Source: an uncultured Chloroflexia bacterium (lineage in GTDB: Bacteria > Chloroflexota > Limnocylindria > Limnocylindrales > CSP1-4). From it: a stretch of 64,000 nucleotides of DNA. The notes under the pieces were generated by a model. That model was not told where the DNA came from. It searched no databases and saw nothing but the letters and a program-made list of their open reading frames with translations. Below, piece after piece: positions 54,197 to 63,655 of this stretch (its first letter is position 1; every line of letters starts with the position of its first letter). The translations under genes and the position numbers were made by a program. The DNA lies in assembly GCA_963748625.1 (NCBI GenBank), contig CAVVJT010000002.1, positions 160,001-224,000 on the forward strand, given 5' to 3'.

Positions 54197-57004
54197 ATGA
54201 CGAGCAGTGACCAGCGGGCGGACCCGTCGATCAACGAGGCAGCGGACATCGCGGCGGCCCTGGACGTGGATCCGCTGGTCGGCCTGACCGGCGCGGAGGC
54301 CGCGGCACGGCTCGCCCGCGACGGCCCCAACGAGCTCCGCGTCAAGCCGCCCATCCCGGTGTGGCGCAAGATCCTGGCCCAGTTCCAGGATCCGCTCGTC
54401 TACCTGCTGCTGGTCGCGATCGTCGTGTCGCTGGTCGCGTGGCTCGCCGAGGGGGCGCAGGGTGCCCCCGTGGACGTGATCGTGATCGCGATCATCGTGG
54501 TCGCGAACGCCGCCCTCGGGTTCGCCCAGGAGCGCAGTGCCGAGAGCGCGGTGGCCGCGCTGGCCGTCATGACCGCCGCCAACTCGACCGTGCTGCGGGA
54601 CGGGTCGCTGGCCACGGTGCCGTCGGCGGGCCTCGTCCGCGGTGACATCCTGGTGCTGGCCGAAGGCGACTCGGTCGGGGCGGACGCCCGCCTGCTCACG
54701 GCGACCGGGCTGCGGATCCGCGAGTCCTCGCTGACCGGGGAGTCCGAGGCCACCGTGAAGGACCCGGCCACCCTCGCTGCGGAGGCGCCGATCGGCGACC
54801 GCCGCAACATGGTGTTCAAGGGCACGGCCGTCGTCGCGGGTGTCGGGCGCGCCGTCGTCACGGGGACCGGCATGGGCACCGAGATGGGCGCCATCGCCGA
54901 GATGCTGGAACGGACCGAGAGCTCGGACTCGCCGCTGCAGAAGGAGATCGCGTCGGTCTCGAAGGCCCTGGGCCTGATCGTCATCGGCATCGCGGCCGTG
55001 GTCATGATCGCCCTGGCGGTGATCAATGGGGTCGACTCGGTCGCGGACCTGGTGGGCATCCTGCTCATGGGTGTGTCCCTCGCCGTTGCCGCCGTGCCGG
55101 AGGGCCTGCCGGCGATCCTGTCGCTCGTGCTGGCGATCGGTGTGCGCGAGCTGGCTCGACGGAACGCCGTGATGCGCAACCTGCACGCGGTCGAGACGCT
55201 GGGCTCGGCGTCGGTGATCTGCTCGGACAAGACGGGGACGCTGACCCGCAACGAGATGACCCTGCGCGTCGTGGCGACGGCCTCGGGCGAGGTGGAGCTG
55301 ACCGGGACCGGCTACGTGCCCGCGGGCGAGGCCATCGTGCGCGGCGAGGTGGAGGACACCGTGCTGTTCGAGGCGCGACGCGTGCTCGTGGGCGGGGCCC
55401 TCGCCAACAATGCCCAGCTCTCCAGCATCGACGGGACCTGGCAGATCCAGGGCGACCCGACCGAAGCCGCCTTCCTCGTCGCCCAGCACAAGCTGGAGGG
55501 TGCGGCCGGCAGGGTCGCGGCGTACGAGCGGCAGGCGGAGGTCCCGTTCTCCTCCGAGCGCAAGATGATGTCCGTCCTCGCCCGCGACCCGCTCGGGGAG
55601 GTGACGCGCCTGTTCACCAAGGGCGCCCCGGACCTCCTCCTCGCCCGATGCGAGTCGATCCAGGTCGGCACGGACATCGTCGCCATGGACCCGACCCGGC
55701 GGACGGCCGCCCTGGCCGAGATCGAGCGCCTGTCCGGCATGGGCTATCGAACGCTCGGCGTCGCATTCCGCACGGTCGCTCCCGACGGGCGCGAGGTCGC
55801 CGGGGACGTCGACGAGGCCGCCGAGCGGGATCTCGTCTACCTCGGTGCCGTGGGCATCATCGACCCGCCGCGCGCGGAGGCGTCCGTGGCGGTCGGCGAG
55901 GCGCACCGTGCGGGGATCCGCACGATCATGATCACCGGCGACCACCCGGTGACCGCCCGCCGGATCGCGTCGGACTTCGGGATCGTGGGCCCGGATGCGC
56001 GTGCCCTCACGGGCGCCGAGCTGGACACACTCTCGGATGAGGAGTTCCGCGCCGCCGCCCGGGACGTGTCGGTCTTCGCCCGTGTCGCGCCCGCCCACAA
56101 GCTGCGCATCGTCGCAGCACTGCAGGAGGACCGCCACGTCGTGGCGATGACGGGCGACGGCGTCAACGACGCACCCGCGCTCAAGGCCGCCGACATCGGC
56201 GTGGCGATGGGCATCACCGGCACCGAGGTCACCAAGGAAGCCGCGGAGATGATCCTCGCCGACGACAACTACGCGACGATCGTGGTGGCCGTCCACCAGG
56301 GCCGGCTCATCTTCGACAACATCAGGAAGTTCCTGCGCTACCTGCTGTCGTCCAACATGGGGGAAGTCGTCACCGTCGTCTTCGGGGTCGTGTTCGCAGG
56401 GTTCCTGGGGCTGACGGCCGCCACCGGCAGCGGTGAGATCGTCGTCCCGCTGCTCGCGACGCAGATCCTCTGGATCAACCTCGTGACGGACTCCGCCCCG
56501 GCGCTCGCGATGGGCGTGGACCCCGAGATCGACGACGTCATGGCGCGCGCGCCGCGCCGGCCGGACGAGCGGATCATGGACCGCGCGATGTGGACCCGGA
56601 TCATGGTCATCGGCCTGGTGATGGGCGCGGTGACCCTGCTCACGATCGACATGTTCCTGCCCGGCGGCCTCATCCCGGGCAGCGACTCCCTGGAGGTCGC
56701 GCGCACGGCGGGCTTCACGACCCTCGTGTTCGCGCAGCTGTTCAACGCGCTCAACTCCCGCTCCGAGTCCACGAGCGCGTTCCGCGGGCTGTTCACGAAC
56801 GCGTGGCTGTGGGGCGCGCTCGCCCTGGGCGTCGTCCTGCAGGTGCTGGTCGTCCAGCTGCCGCTGCTCCAGGACGCCTTCGGCACGGCACCCCTGGATC
56901 TCGGCCACTGGGCGGCGACGATCGGGATGGCCTCGGTGGTCCTGTGGGCCGAGGAGTTGGTCAAGGCGATCCGCCGCCGGCTGACCGGAGCCCCGACCGC
57001 CTGA
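54197..57004 (+). CDS. P-type cation-transporting ATPase (type IIA, Ca2+-like)
   Basis: 'LTGES', 'VPEGL', 'DKTGTLT', 'KGAP', 'TGDGVND', 'LWINLVTD'. Confidence 0.96.
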   Translation: MTSSDQRADPSINEAADIAAALDVDPLVGLTGAEAAARLARDGPNELRVKPPIPVWRKILAQFQDPLVYLLLVAIVVSLVAWLAEGAQGAPVDVIVIAIIVVANAALGFAQERSAESAVAALAVMTAANSTVLRDGSLATVPSAGLVRGDILVLAEGDSVGADARLLTATGLRIRESSLTGESEATVKDPATLAAEAPIGDRRNMVFKGTAVVAGVGRAVVTGTGMGTEMGAIAEMLERTESSDSPLQKEIASVSKALGLIVIGIAAVVMIALAVINGVDSVADLVGILLMGVSLAVAAVPEGLPAILSLVLAIGVRELARRNAVMRNLHAVETLGSASVICSDKTGTLTRNEMTLRVVATASGEVELTGTGYVPAGEAIVRGEVEDTVLFEARRVLVGGALANNAQLSSIDGTWQIQGDPTEAAFLVAQHKLEGAAGRVAAYERQAEVPFSSERKMMSVLARDPLGEVTRLFTKGAPDLLLARCESIQVGTDIVAMDPTRRTAALAEIERLSGMGYRTLGVAFRTVAPDGREVAGDVDEAAERDLVYLGAVGIIDPPRAEASVAVGEAHRAGIRTIMITGDHPVTARRIASDFGIVGPDARALTGAELDTLSDEEFRAAARDVSVFARVAPAHKLRIVAALQEDRHVVAMTGDGVNDAPALKAADIGVAMGITGTEVTKEAAEMILADDNYATIVVAVHQGRLIFDNIRKFLRYLLSSNMGEVVTVVFGVVFAGFLGLTAATGSGEIVVPLLATQILWINLVTDSAPALAMGVDPEIDDVMARAPRRPDERIMDRAMWTRIMVIGLVMGAVTLLTIDMFLPGGLIPGSDSLEVARTAGFTTLVFAQLFNALNSRSESTSAFRGLFTNAWLWGALALGVVLQVLVVQLPLLQDAFGTAPLDLGHWAATIGMASVVLWAEELVKAIRRRLTGAPTA

Positions 57005-57040
57005 CGCGCGATCGGGCACGAACCGCCTGACGCGCGATCG
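56996..57040. repeat. 19-bp direct repeat spanning the ATPase stop codon
   Basis: ACCGCCTGACGCGCGATCG at 56996 and 57022. Confidence 0.8.
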
Positions 57041-57172
57041 CGGCCGACCGGCGGCCCTGCTGGTGGCAGTGGACGTGTTCCAGGATGCCCTCGACCGAGC
57101 CGAGAACCTGGTGGAGGTTGTCATCTAGCGTCGGCCCGGCGCCAGATCCGGGGCTCCTCTGCACAGGCAGGC

Positions 57173-57250
57173 CACGGCGACACGGCGACACGGCGACCGG
57201 AGGACGAGGCGACCGGGCCACGGGGCGACCGCGTGACCGGGCGACGGCGA
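57173..57250. repeat. 8-bp tandem repeat with degenerate tail
   Basis: CACGGCGA x3, then scattered GGCGACC. Confidence 0.7.
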
Positions 57251-57340
57251 GGGCCGCGCGGTACGATCAGCGCCCATCTCGGGGCCGGCGCAGGACGGCC
57301 CGCTCCCCATCCTGGCCGTCCCCCACCAGAGGCTGATCGC

Positions 57341-59218
57341 GTGCTTCACCCCTCGCCCCGCCTTCGCCGAGGCGTTGCGCTCGTCTTCGCCGCCGCGCTC
57401 GCCTCGGGCTGTGGTGCCGGCAGCAGCCTGCCATCGACAGCCTCGACCCCGAGCGGCGCCGGCTCCACGGCGGCCACGACCCGACCCGCCCCAACCCCCG
57501 AGATCCTGCCCGAGGGTGTGCCGGTGCCCGCCATCACGGGCGCCAGCGGCGGCGAGCCCGGCACGGGGCTGGTGACCGTGGTCGACGGCGGCACGGTCAC
57601 CGCGACTGCCGACGACGGGACGACCTACACCCTCGAGATCCTGCCCGGCGCCGTGGCGGAGGACGTCACCGTCGAGGTGCGCCCGCTCGTCGGCTCCACC
57701 GAGTACGGCCCGATCATTGCCGGGGCCGACTTCGCGCCCGCAGGCCTCGAGCTCGCGCTGGCCGGGACGCTCACCGTCGAGCTGCCCGTGGGATCGGCTC
57801 CAGCCGGCCTCGTCGCGCTCTCGTATTCGGGTGACGTCGCGTCCACCACGGGCCGCCTCCTGCCCGGCCCCGGCAAGGATGCGGCGAGCGGCACCCTCAC
57901 GTTCAGCGTGCCGCACTTCTCCGGGTCGATGGCCACCGACCTTGGCACGGGCCAGGCCGGCGTCGAGACGTCGTGGCTCAGCGCCGGGACCGGCGGCACG
58001 CCCGCAGCTCGCCAGGCCACCGCCCGGACCCGATACGCCGCCGCGGGCGTTGCCCAGCGCCGGGGCCTGATCACGCCAGCGGAGGCGGACGACATCAGGC
58101 GCCGCGCCGTCGAGGAGTGGTGGCACGCCGAAAACGACTGGCTGAAGGGGGACGCGGCGATGCAGCGGCTCACGGGCGACGGCGACGCCGGGGATCTGGG
58201 CGCCCTCGCCACAGCCGTCAGCCGCGTGTACGGGTTCGGGACCAGCCAGCAGGCCGAGGAACCCGCCGCCGACCCGGGGGCCTCCGAAGCGGCCGCAACG
58301 GTGATCCAGGAGTATGGGGACCGGCTCGGGCGGGTCGCCGCCAACATCGCGGGCAAGGGCGTCGGCAATGCGGTGGGCTCGGGCCGCATGGAGGACATGC
58401 AGGCCGTCCACGGGCAGCTCGTCACGGCGCAGGTGATCGCGCGGCAGCTGGGGTTCTTCGGCGCGGAGTCACGTGGCGTGGGCGACGAGCTCGTCGGCTT
58501 GACGTTGCTGATGGCCGACAAGCTGAAGAGCGCGTGCTCGGGCGCGCCGGTCACCGCAGCGGCGGTCGCAGATCTCCAGCAGGGACTGGTGCTGGCGGAC
58601 GACCCGGCGGCGGCGAGGGAGCTCGCGGCGCCGTTCCCCGGCTGCGACGACAGCACGCCGGGGCCGTCGTACGACGGCGAGATCACGGCGGACGGCACCA
58701 TCCGGTATGGAACCACCTACCAGACCGCCGTTGGGACGCACAACTACTCAGTGACACTCCAGGTCAAGATCCGCCCGGGCCAGGAAGCCCTCATCTTCGC
58801 CAAGGGGAGCCGGTTCTCCGCTTCCTGGACGTTCACGCCTGGTGACGTGATGGGCGAGGGTGGCGAGCAGGCCGTGAGCGACTGCCCGACCAGCCAGTCG
58901 TGGGAGGGGACGCTCGGCACGCTCAACCCCTTGGGAGGGTGGGACCCCGGCAGCGACCCCTCCCCCCAGGGGAGCGGGTTCGCCATGAAGGGTGGCGGCG
59001 ATGACCTGATCCTCCCCCTGCTCGTGTCGTACGAGGGCGATTGGCCGGACGGCTGCACGGCGCCCAGCGTGGCGATCGACTGCCCCGATGGCGATGCGCT
59101 CACGGGCACGCTGACCGGGGATCGGCCGCCGACGTGGTCGTTCGGGTGCTCCTCGAGCACGAAGGACGGCAACATCAGCGCCAGCGGCACGCTGGTCCAG
59201 GTGATCCCGGGCCAGTAG
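57341..59218 (+). CDS. Large lipoprotein with ZU5-like domain
   Basis: Lipobox 'LASGC'; 'LEILPGAV', 'DFAPAGL', 'VPHFS'; helical middle; Cys-containing beta C-domain. Confidence 0.75.
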   Translation: MLHPSPRLRRGVALVFAAALASGCGAGSSLPSTASTPSGAGSTAATTRPAPTPEILPEGVPVPAITGASGGEPGTGLVTVVDGGTVTATADDGTTYTLEILPGAVAEDVTVEVRPLVGSTEYGPIIAGADFAPAGLELALAGTLTVELPVGSAPAGLVALSYSGDVASTTGRLLPGPGKDAASGTLTFSVPHFSGSMATDLGTGQAGVETSWLSAGTGGTPAARQATARTRYAAAGVAQRRGLITPAEADDIRRRAVEEWWHAENDWLKGDAAMQRLTGDGDAGDLGALATAVSRVYGFGTSQQAEEPAADPGASEAAATVIQEYGDRLGRVAANIAGKGVGNAVGSGRMEDMQAVHGQLVTAQVIARQLGFFGAESRGVGDELVGLTLLMADKLKSACSGAPVTAAAVADLQQGLVLADDPAAARELAAPFPGCDDSTPGPSYDGEITADGTIRYGTTYQTAVGTHNYSVTLQVKIRPGQEALIFAKGSRFSASWTFTPGDVMGEGGEQAVSDCPTSQSWEGTLGTLNPLGGWDPGSDPSPQGSGFAMKGGGDDLILPLLVSYEGDWPDGCTAPSVAIDCPDGDALTGTLTGDRPPTWSFGCSSSTKDGNISASGTLVQVIPGQ

Positions 59219-59235
59219 CCGATCGTGGGCGGAGG

Positions 59236-59845
59236 TCAGCCGGCGACACCGGGCCCTGGGGCGCGATGGAAGCGGATGCCATCGCGCAGGTCCTCGCACC
59301 GGGTGGTCGAGGGCTCCCGGAGCGTGCGCAGAATGGCGAACCCGTCGCCCACACAGCCACCGAGGTGGATGGCCAGCGGCACGACCAGGTAGCCGGCCCA
59401 CGGCCCGAAGCACAGGGCGAACCCGATCGCCGAGATCACGACAGCCGGGGCGGCGGCGACCATCAGGTACCCCGGTCGCGTGAACCGGTGGCCGTCGGCC
59501 GTCGTGTAGAGCGCCGGGACCACGCGGCCGACGAGCATTGCGCCGAACCGCGGCCGCGCGCCGAGACCACGCATCACCAAGCCATGGATCCCTTCGTGGA
59601 CGACCATCAGCAGCACCGTGGTGCCCAGCACCAGGAGGACGTCGGCCAGGTCGAACTGGATCTCTCCGGAGGCCGACCCGGACTGGAGGATCGCCGGCTG
59701 GGCGAAGAGCACGAGGCCGACGACCGTGACCACGACGGCTGTGATGTTCCAGGTGATCGCCGACGAGGTGCCCGGCCGCCACTCCACGACGTCGGGTTCC
59801 GGCTCGCGTCCGCGGTGCCTGGACGGTGTCGAGTTCCTGTGTCAT
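59236..59845 (-). CDS. DUF3267-like membrane metalloprotease (5' frameshift)
   Basis: 'VHEGIHG', 'AAAP', 'GCVGD'. Confidence 0.8.
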
Positions 59846-59873
59846 GGGCGCATGGTGGATCCGGTGATCCGCC

Positions 59874-59893
59874 ATGTCATGACCACTGGTCAT
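59874..59893 (-). promoter_or_regulatory. ATGAC-N5-GTCATGACA motif, copy 1
   Basis: Minus ATGACCAGTGGTCATGACAT; 17 bp then CACCAT, then 6 nt to ATG 59845. Confidence 0.7.
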
Positions 59894-59994
59894 CCAGCCT
59901 GGCGATCGCGACTGGACGCAGGGAGGACAATAGGCGCATCCACCCCGACGTGTTCCCCGGCGGCCGCGTCACCACCGACCCCGGAGGCATCCCG

Positions 59995-60204
59995 ATGACC
60001 GACACCACACAGGCTCCCGCCCCGGCCCAGCCGGCCCTGACCAGCGAGGAGCGCCTGCGAGCGATCGCCGGCGATCACAAGCGCAAGGCCAAGCGCGCGC
60101 CATCGCCCGCCCCCGTGGTCGACGGGTCCCGCCAGCCCGGTGATCTGATCGACCCGGTTCGGGATCGCTCCGGCCGCGACCTCGGGCGCGACCAGCCGCT
60201 CTGA
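59995..60204 (+). CDS. Small hypothetical protein (69 aa)
   Basis: RBS GGAGG; 'MTDTTQAPAP..DQPL'. Confidence 0.6.
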   Translation: MTDTTQAPAPAQPALTSEERLRAIAGDHKRKAKRAPSPAPVVDGSRQPGDLIDPVRDRSGRDLGRDQPL

Positions 60205-60261
60205 CGCCGGCGCCGGCCCGCCGGCGGGCAGCCCTGGCCGGCTGGAACGACGCGGGCGGCG

Positions 60262-60303
60262 ATGACGGCCCGTCATGACACGCGCTCGCCTGGTCGCCAT
60301 AGT
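60262..60303 (+). promoter_or_regulatory. ATGAC-N5-GTCATGACA motif, copy 2
   Basis: ATGACGGCCCGTCATGACA-17bp-CATAGT. Confidence 0.7.
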
Positions 60304-60366
60304 CCGGGTTGCATCTCTCGCAGGCCATGCGAGCCCGAGGACAGCATCAACACGAGGAGCGGCGAC

Positions 60367-60597
60367 ATGACCACCGATGGCGAACCCCGCGGCGACTTCG
60401 CGGAGGGTCAGGCCGACATCGAGGAGCCGGCCGGCGCCCTCGAGGGCGACTTCGCGGCAGGCGAGGAGGAGACGCCGCGGACTGGCACCGTCCAGCCGAG
60501 CGGCGGCTTCGCTTCCGGCGAGGCAGCGGATCCGACGGATCCGACGGCGCTCCACGGTGACTTCGCGCGCGGCCAGGAAGAGGAGCCCCGCAAGTAG
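60367..60597 (+). CDS. Small acidic repeat protein (4x G[D/G]FAxG[Q/E])
   Basis: RBS GAGGAG; GDFAEGQ, GDFAAGE, GGFASGE, GDFARGQ. Confidence 0.75.
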   Translation: MTTDGEPRGDFAEGQADIEEPAGALEGDFAAGEEETPRTGTVQPSGGFASGEAADPTDPTALHGDFARGQEEEPRK

Positions 60598-60687
60598 TCT
60601 GGGTCGCCTGGGGCCGACATCCGCGTGGCCCGCAGCTCACGGAGGCCCGGCTGTCAGCGACCGGTCCTCCGCTTCTGCATCCCCCGA

Positions 60688-61470
60688 TCAGGCCTGCGGC
60701 CGGTGGCCCACGTCCCCCTCGCCCGCCCATCCCGTGTTCGAGAAGGTGGGGATGAACCGGTAGCCACGACCTGACACGGTCGCGATGAAGCGCGGATGCC
60801 GGTAGTCGTTCTGGAGCTTGACCCGCAGGCTGCGGATGTGCCGGTCCACGATGTTGCTCTCCGACACGAAGTCCGTGCCCCAGATCGCGTCGAGGATCTC
60901 GTCGCGCGTCACGACCTGGCCGCCACGGCTGGCGAGCAGGTAGAGCAGGCTCTGCTCGATCCCGGAGAGGTGGATCACCGACGTCCCGGTGCGCACCTCG
61001 CGGCTCAGGATGTCGATCTCCATCTCGCCGATCGTGATCGTGGGGATGAACGGCTGCTCGATCCCCGTTGCGCGGCGGGTGAGGACGATGGCCCGCGCGA
61101 GCAGCTCCTCGGGGGCGAACGGCATCGTGAGGATGTCGTCGACGCCCAGGTCGAACGCCCGCAACTTCGTCCTGAGGTCGCCCCGGCGGGTCAGCCCCAG
61201 GGCCGGCGTCACCTGCTTGGTCAACTGGCCTGTCGACCCGAGGTGCCCGAGCAGCGCCGTGCTGTCGTCGTGGTCCATGTCGATGACGGCCAGGTGCGGC
61301 TGCCAGCTGGCAAGGATCGCCTGTGCCCCGGCGAGGGTGTCCGCGGCCCGCACCGCGAAGACCCCGTGGTTGAGCGTCAGCTCGATCAGGTCCACCACGA
61401 GCGGGCGGTCGTGCAGCACGAGCGCACGGCGCGCGTCGCCTGTGAGCGGCTCCGTGGGCTCGACTGTCAT
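60688..61470 (-). CDS. Orphan OmpR-family response regulator with atypical receiver
   Basis: wHTH 'RDEILDAIWG..SNIVDRHIRSLRVKL..TVSGRGYRF'; receiver 'VLHD', 'VIDMD', 'LTMPF'; start uncertain. Confidence 0.88.
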   Translation of the reverse strand: MTVEPTEPLTGDARRALVLHDRPLVVDLIELTLNHGVFAVRAADTLAGAQAILASWQPHLAVIDMDHDDSTALLGHLGSTGQLTKQVTPALGLTRRGDLRTKLRAFDLGVDDILTMPFAPEELLARAIVLTRRATGIEQPFIPTITIGEMEIDILSREVRTGTSVIHLSGIEQSLLYLLASRGGQVVTRDEILDAIWGTDFVSESNIVDRHIRSLRVKLQNDYRHPRFIATVSGRGYRFIPTFSNTGWAGEGDVGHRPQA

Positions 61471-61696
61471 ACGCATCTGTGAACTGCACCCTGGCGGTGG
61501 TCCCACGCGGGCCCGGTCTCGGGCGACCACGCTGATTCTACCGCGCGGGTGGTCACTTCCGCGTCGGACGGCTGCCTGAACGATCGGCGAGGCCCGACCC
61601 GATCAAGGAGTCGAGGACATGTCCTCAGCCTCCTCGTCACGGGACGGCCCCCGCGGGGCAGTCCTGGCCGGCCGGCCGCGAAGGTTGCGTGCCGTG

Positions 61697-61738
61697 ATGA
61701 CGCCTCGTCATGACACGCTCCCGCCTGGCCGCCAGATT
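61697..61738 (+). promoter_or_regulatory. ATGAC-N5-GTCATGACA motif, copy 3
   Basis: ATGACGCCTCGTCATGACA-17bp-CAGATT. Confidence 0.7.
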
Positions 61739-61893
61739 CCGGTTGCATACATCAGGGGGCTCGGCGTCTCGGGACGCGGGCCCTTCCTCCCTCCAGACCT
61801 GCTCCTGGCGTGTCTCCCTCCCTCTGCGCCAGGAGCAGGTCGCTCCGTTTCCGGCGCATCGACCACCATGGGCGAGGCGCGGAGGTGTCGGAC

Positions 61894-62985
61894 ATGGCGA
61901 ACGACGACAGAGACCAGCCTACGCACAAGCCGGCGCCACCCGCCGGATCCAGTGCCGTGGTCAGGAACGCAATGTCAGACGCTCGGAAGGCCTCGAGCGC
62001 CGATCAGATCATTGCCGATGCCGATCAGTCGGCGTCCGACGCGGACCAGGTGTCCTCCGAGTCCGATCGGACGTCATCGGATCGGGACCAGACCGGCGCG
62101 GACCGGGATCAGCTGGCCTCGGACCGGGACCAGGCGACGGCGGACGCGGATCGAGCGAAGCGTCTCGACCTGTCCCCCGCTGAAGTGGACGCCTACGAGA
62201 CATCTCGGGAGCATCGGATGGATGCGTCGTTCGAGCGTCTCGGCAATCGGATTCGCCGACAGATGACCGCGCGCGACCGGGATGAGGCGGCGACGGACCG
62301 GGATCGGATGGCAGAGATCCGTGACGAGGGAGGCCGGGGGAGGGACGCCCACGCGACCGACCTCGGACTTCCGTCCAACGAACGTGAGGCGGACCTGCTG
62401 CACGAGCTCGAGAAGCTGCGTGCCGAGGCTGCGGCAGACCGCTCGCGAGCGGCGGAGGATCGCACGCAGGCCGCCACCGACCGGGCCAAGGCCGCCCGTG
62501 ATCGGGCCCGGCTCGAGGGGGAGCTGCAGGCCTCCCACCTCGACGAGCTCACCGGCGCCTACCGGCGCGACATGGGTCGCCTGGCAATCACCCACGAGAT
62601 CGACCGCGTGCGACGATCGGGCGGACCGCTCGTGGTGGCCTTCGTCGATGTCGACGAGCTCAAGACGGTGAACGATCGGGAGGGCCATGTCGCGGGGGAT
62701 CGCGTGCTGCAATCCGTGGTGCGAGCGATGCGGTCACGGCTGCGCTCGTTCGACCCGATCATCCGCTACGGGGGCGACCAGTTCGTGTGCGGACTGGCCG
62801 GCACGGACCTTGCCGAGGCGAGACGCCGGTTCGACCTGATCGGCATTGCGATCGAAGCGAATTCCGGGGTCGGGATCAGCGTCGGGCTCGCGGAGCTCGA
62901 GCCGGAGGACACCGCAGACGGGCTGACCGGACGCGCCGATGCGGCCATGCTCGATGTCAAGGCAGCGCACCACACCCGGCTCTAG
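61894..62985 (+). CDS. GGDEF-domain protein with heptad-repeat coiled coil (GGDQF variant)
   Basis: RBS GGAGG; 'DELTG', 'DVDELKTVNDREGHVAGD', 'RSFD..RYGGDQF', 'RADAAM'. Confidence 0.9.
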   Translation: MANDDRDQPTHKPAPPAGSSAVVRNAMSDARKASSADQIIADADQSASDADQVSSESDRTSSDRDQTGADRDQLASDRDQATADADRAKRLDLSPAEVDAYETSREHRMDASFERLGNRIRRQMTARDRDEAATDRDRMAEIRDEGGRGRDAHATDLGLPSNEREADLLHELEKLRAEAAADRSRAAEDRTQAATDRAKAARDRARLEGELQASHLDELTGAYRRDMGRLAITHEIDRVRRSGGPLVVAFVDVDELKTVNDREGHVAGDRVLQSVVRAMRSRLRSFDPIIRYGGDQFVCGLAGTDLAEARRRFDLIGIAIEANSGVGISVGLAELEPEDTADGLTGRADAAMLDVKAAHHTRL

Positions 62986-63019
62986 GCGTCCCACCACCAC
63001 GCCCGGCGTCACCGGCCGC

Positions 63020-63039
63020 ATGACACGCCGTCATGACAC
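63020..63039 (+). promoter_or_regulatory. ATGAC-N5-GTCATGACA motif, copy 4
   Basis: ATGACACGCCGTCATGACAC upstream of the YggT-like gene. Confidence 0.7.
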
Positions 63040-63145
63040 CGGGCCGCGGGGGGCGCCTACTACGGGTACAGCATTGGCCGGAGTCTCACCCGGCGGTGGT
63101 CGCCAGGCCCCGCTTCCCCGGATGCCTCGTGCACGGGAGAACACC

Positions 63146-63565
63146 TTGGCCATCGACCAGGTCGACCGGACGGTCGTCACCACCCAGGAGTCCACGCCCA
63201 CGGGCCCGGCGACCGTGCAGACGGACAGCCAACGGACCAGCAGGTCGGGTCCCGGCGGCGCCGAGATGGCCCGCCGCATCGTCGTCCTCGTCTTCGGGCT
63301 CATCCAGATCGTCATCGGGGCGCGCATCGTCCTGCTCCTGCTCGACGCGCGGGAGGCCAACGCCCTCGTGTCCGGGATCCTCAACGTCAGCCAGGTGTTC
63401 GTGGCGCCGTTCGAGGGGATCCTGCGAACGGACTCCCTCAACGCGGCGGGCTCCGTCCTCGACATCACCGCCATCGTGGCCCTCGTCGGCTGGACGATCC
63501 TCGAGCTGATCGTGCTCTGGGTCATTGGGATCTTCTCCCGCCGGTCGGCCGTAGCAACCGCCTGA
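63146..63565 (+). CDS. YggT-family membrane protein
   Basis: 'IGARIVLLLLDA..NALVSGI..SQVFVAPFEGI..LDITAIVALV'; TTG start after GGAG. Confidence 0.8.
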   Translation: MAIDQVDRTVVTTQESTPTGPATVQTDSQRTSRSGPGGAEMARRIVVLVFGLIQIVIGARIVLLLLDAREANALVSGILNVSQVFVAPFEGILRTDSLNAAGSVLDITAIVALVGWTILELIVLWVIGIFSRRSAVATA

Positions 63566-63655
63566 CCGCGTCGCGGTGCCCGCTGCGGACGGGTGATCAT
63601 CCGCCCCTCCACGCGGCCCGTCACGGACGGGCGCGCCACGAAAGGACCACCCCGC

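Noticed and set aside
54071-57124. Long antisense ORFs (e.g. 1017 aa here, 790 aa at 22463-24835)
   Set aside because: Shadow ORFs of real genes in high-GC DNA, with no protein motifs
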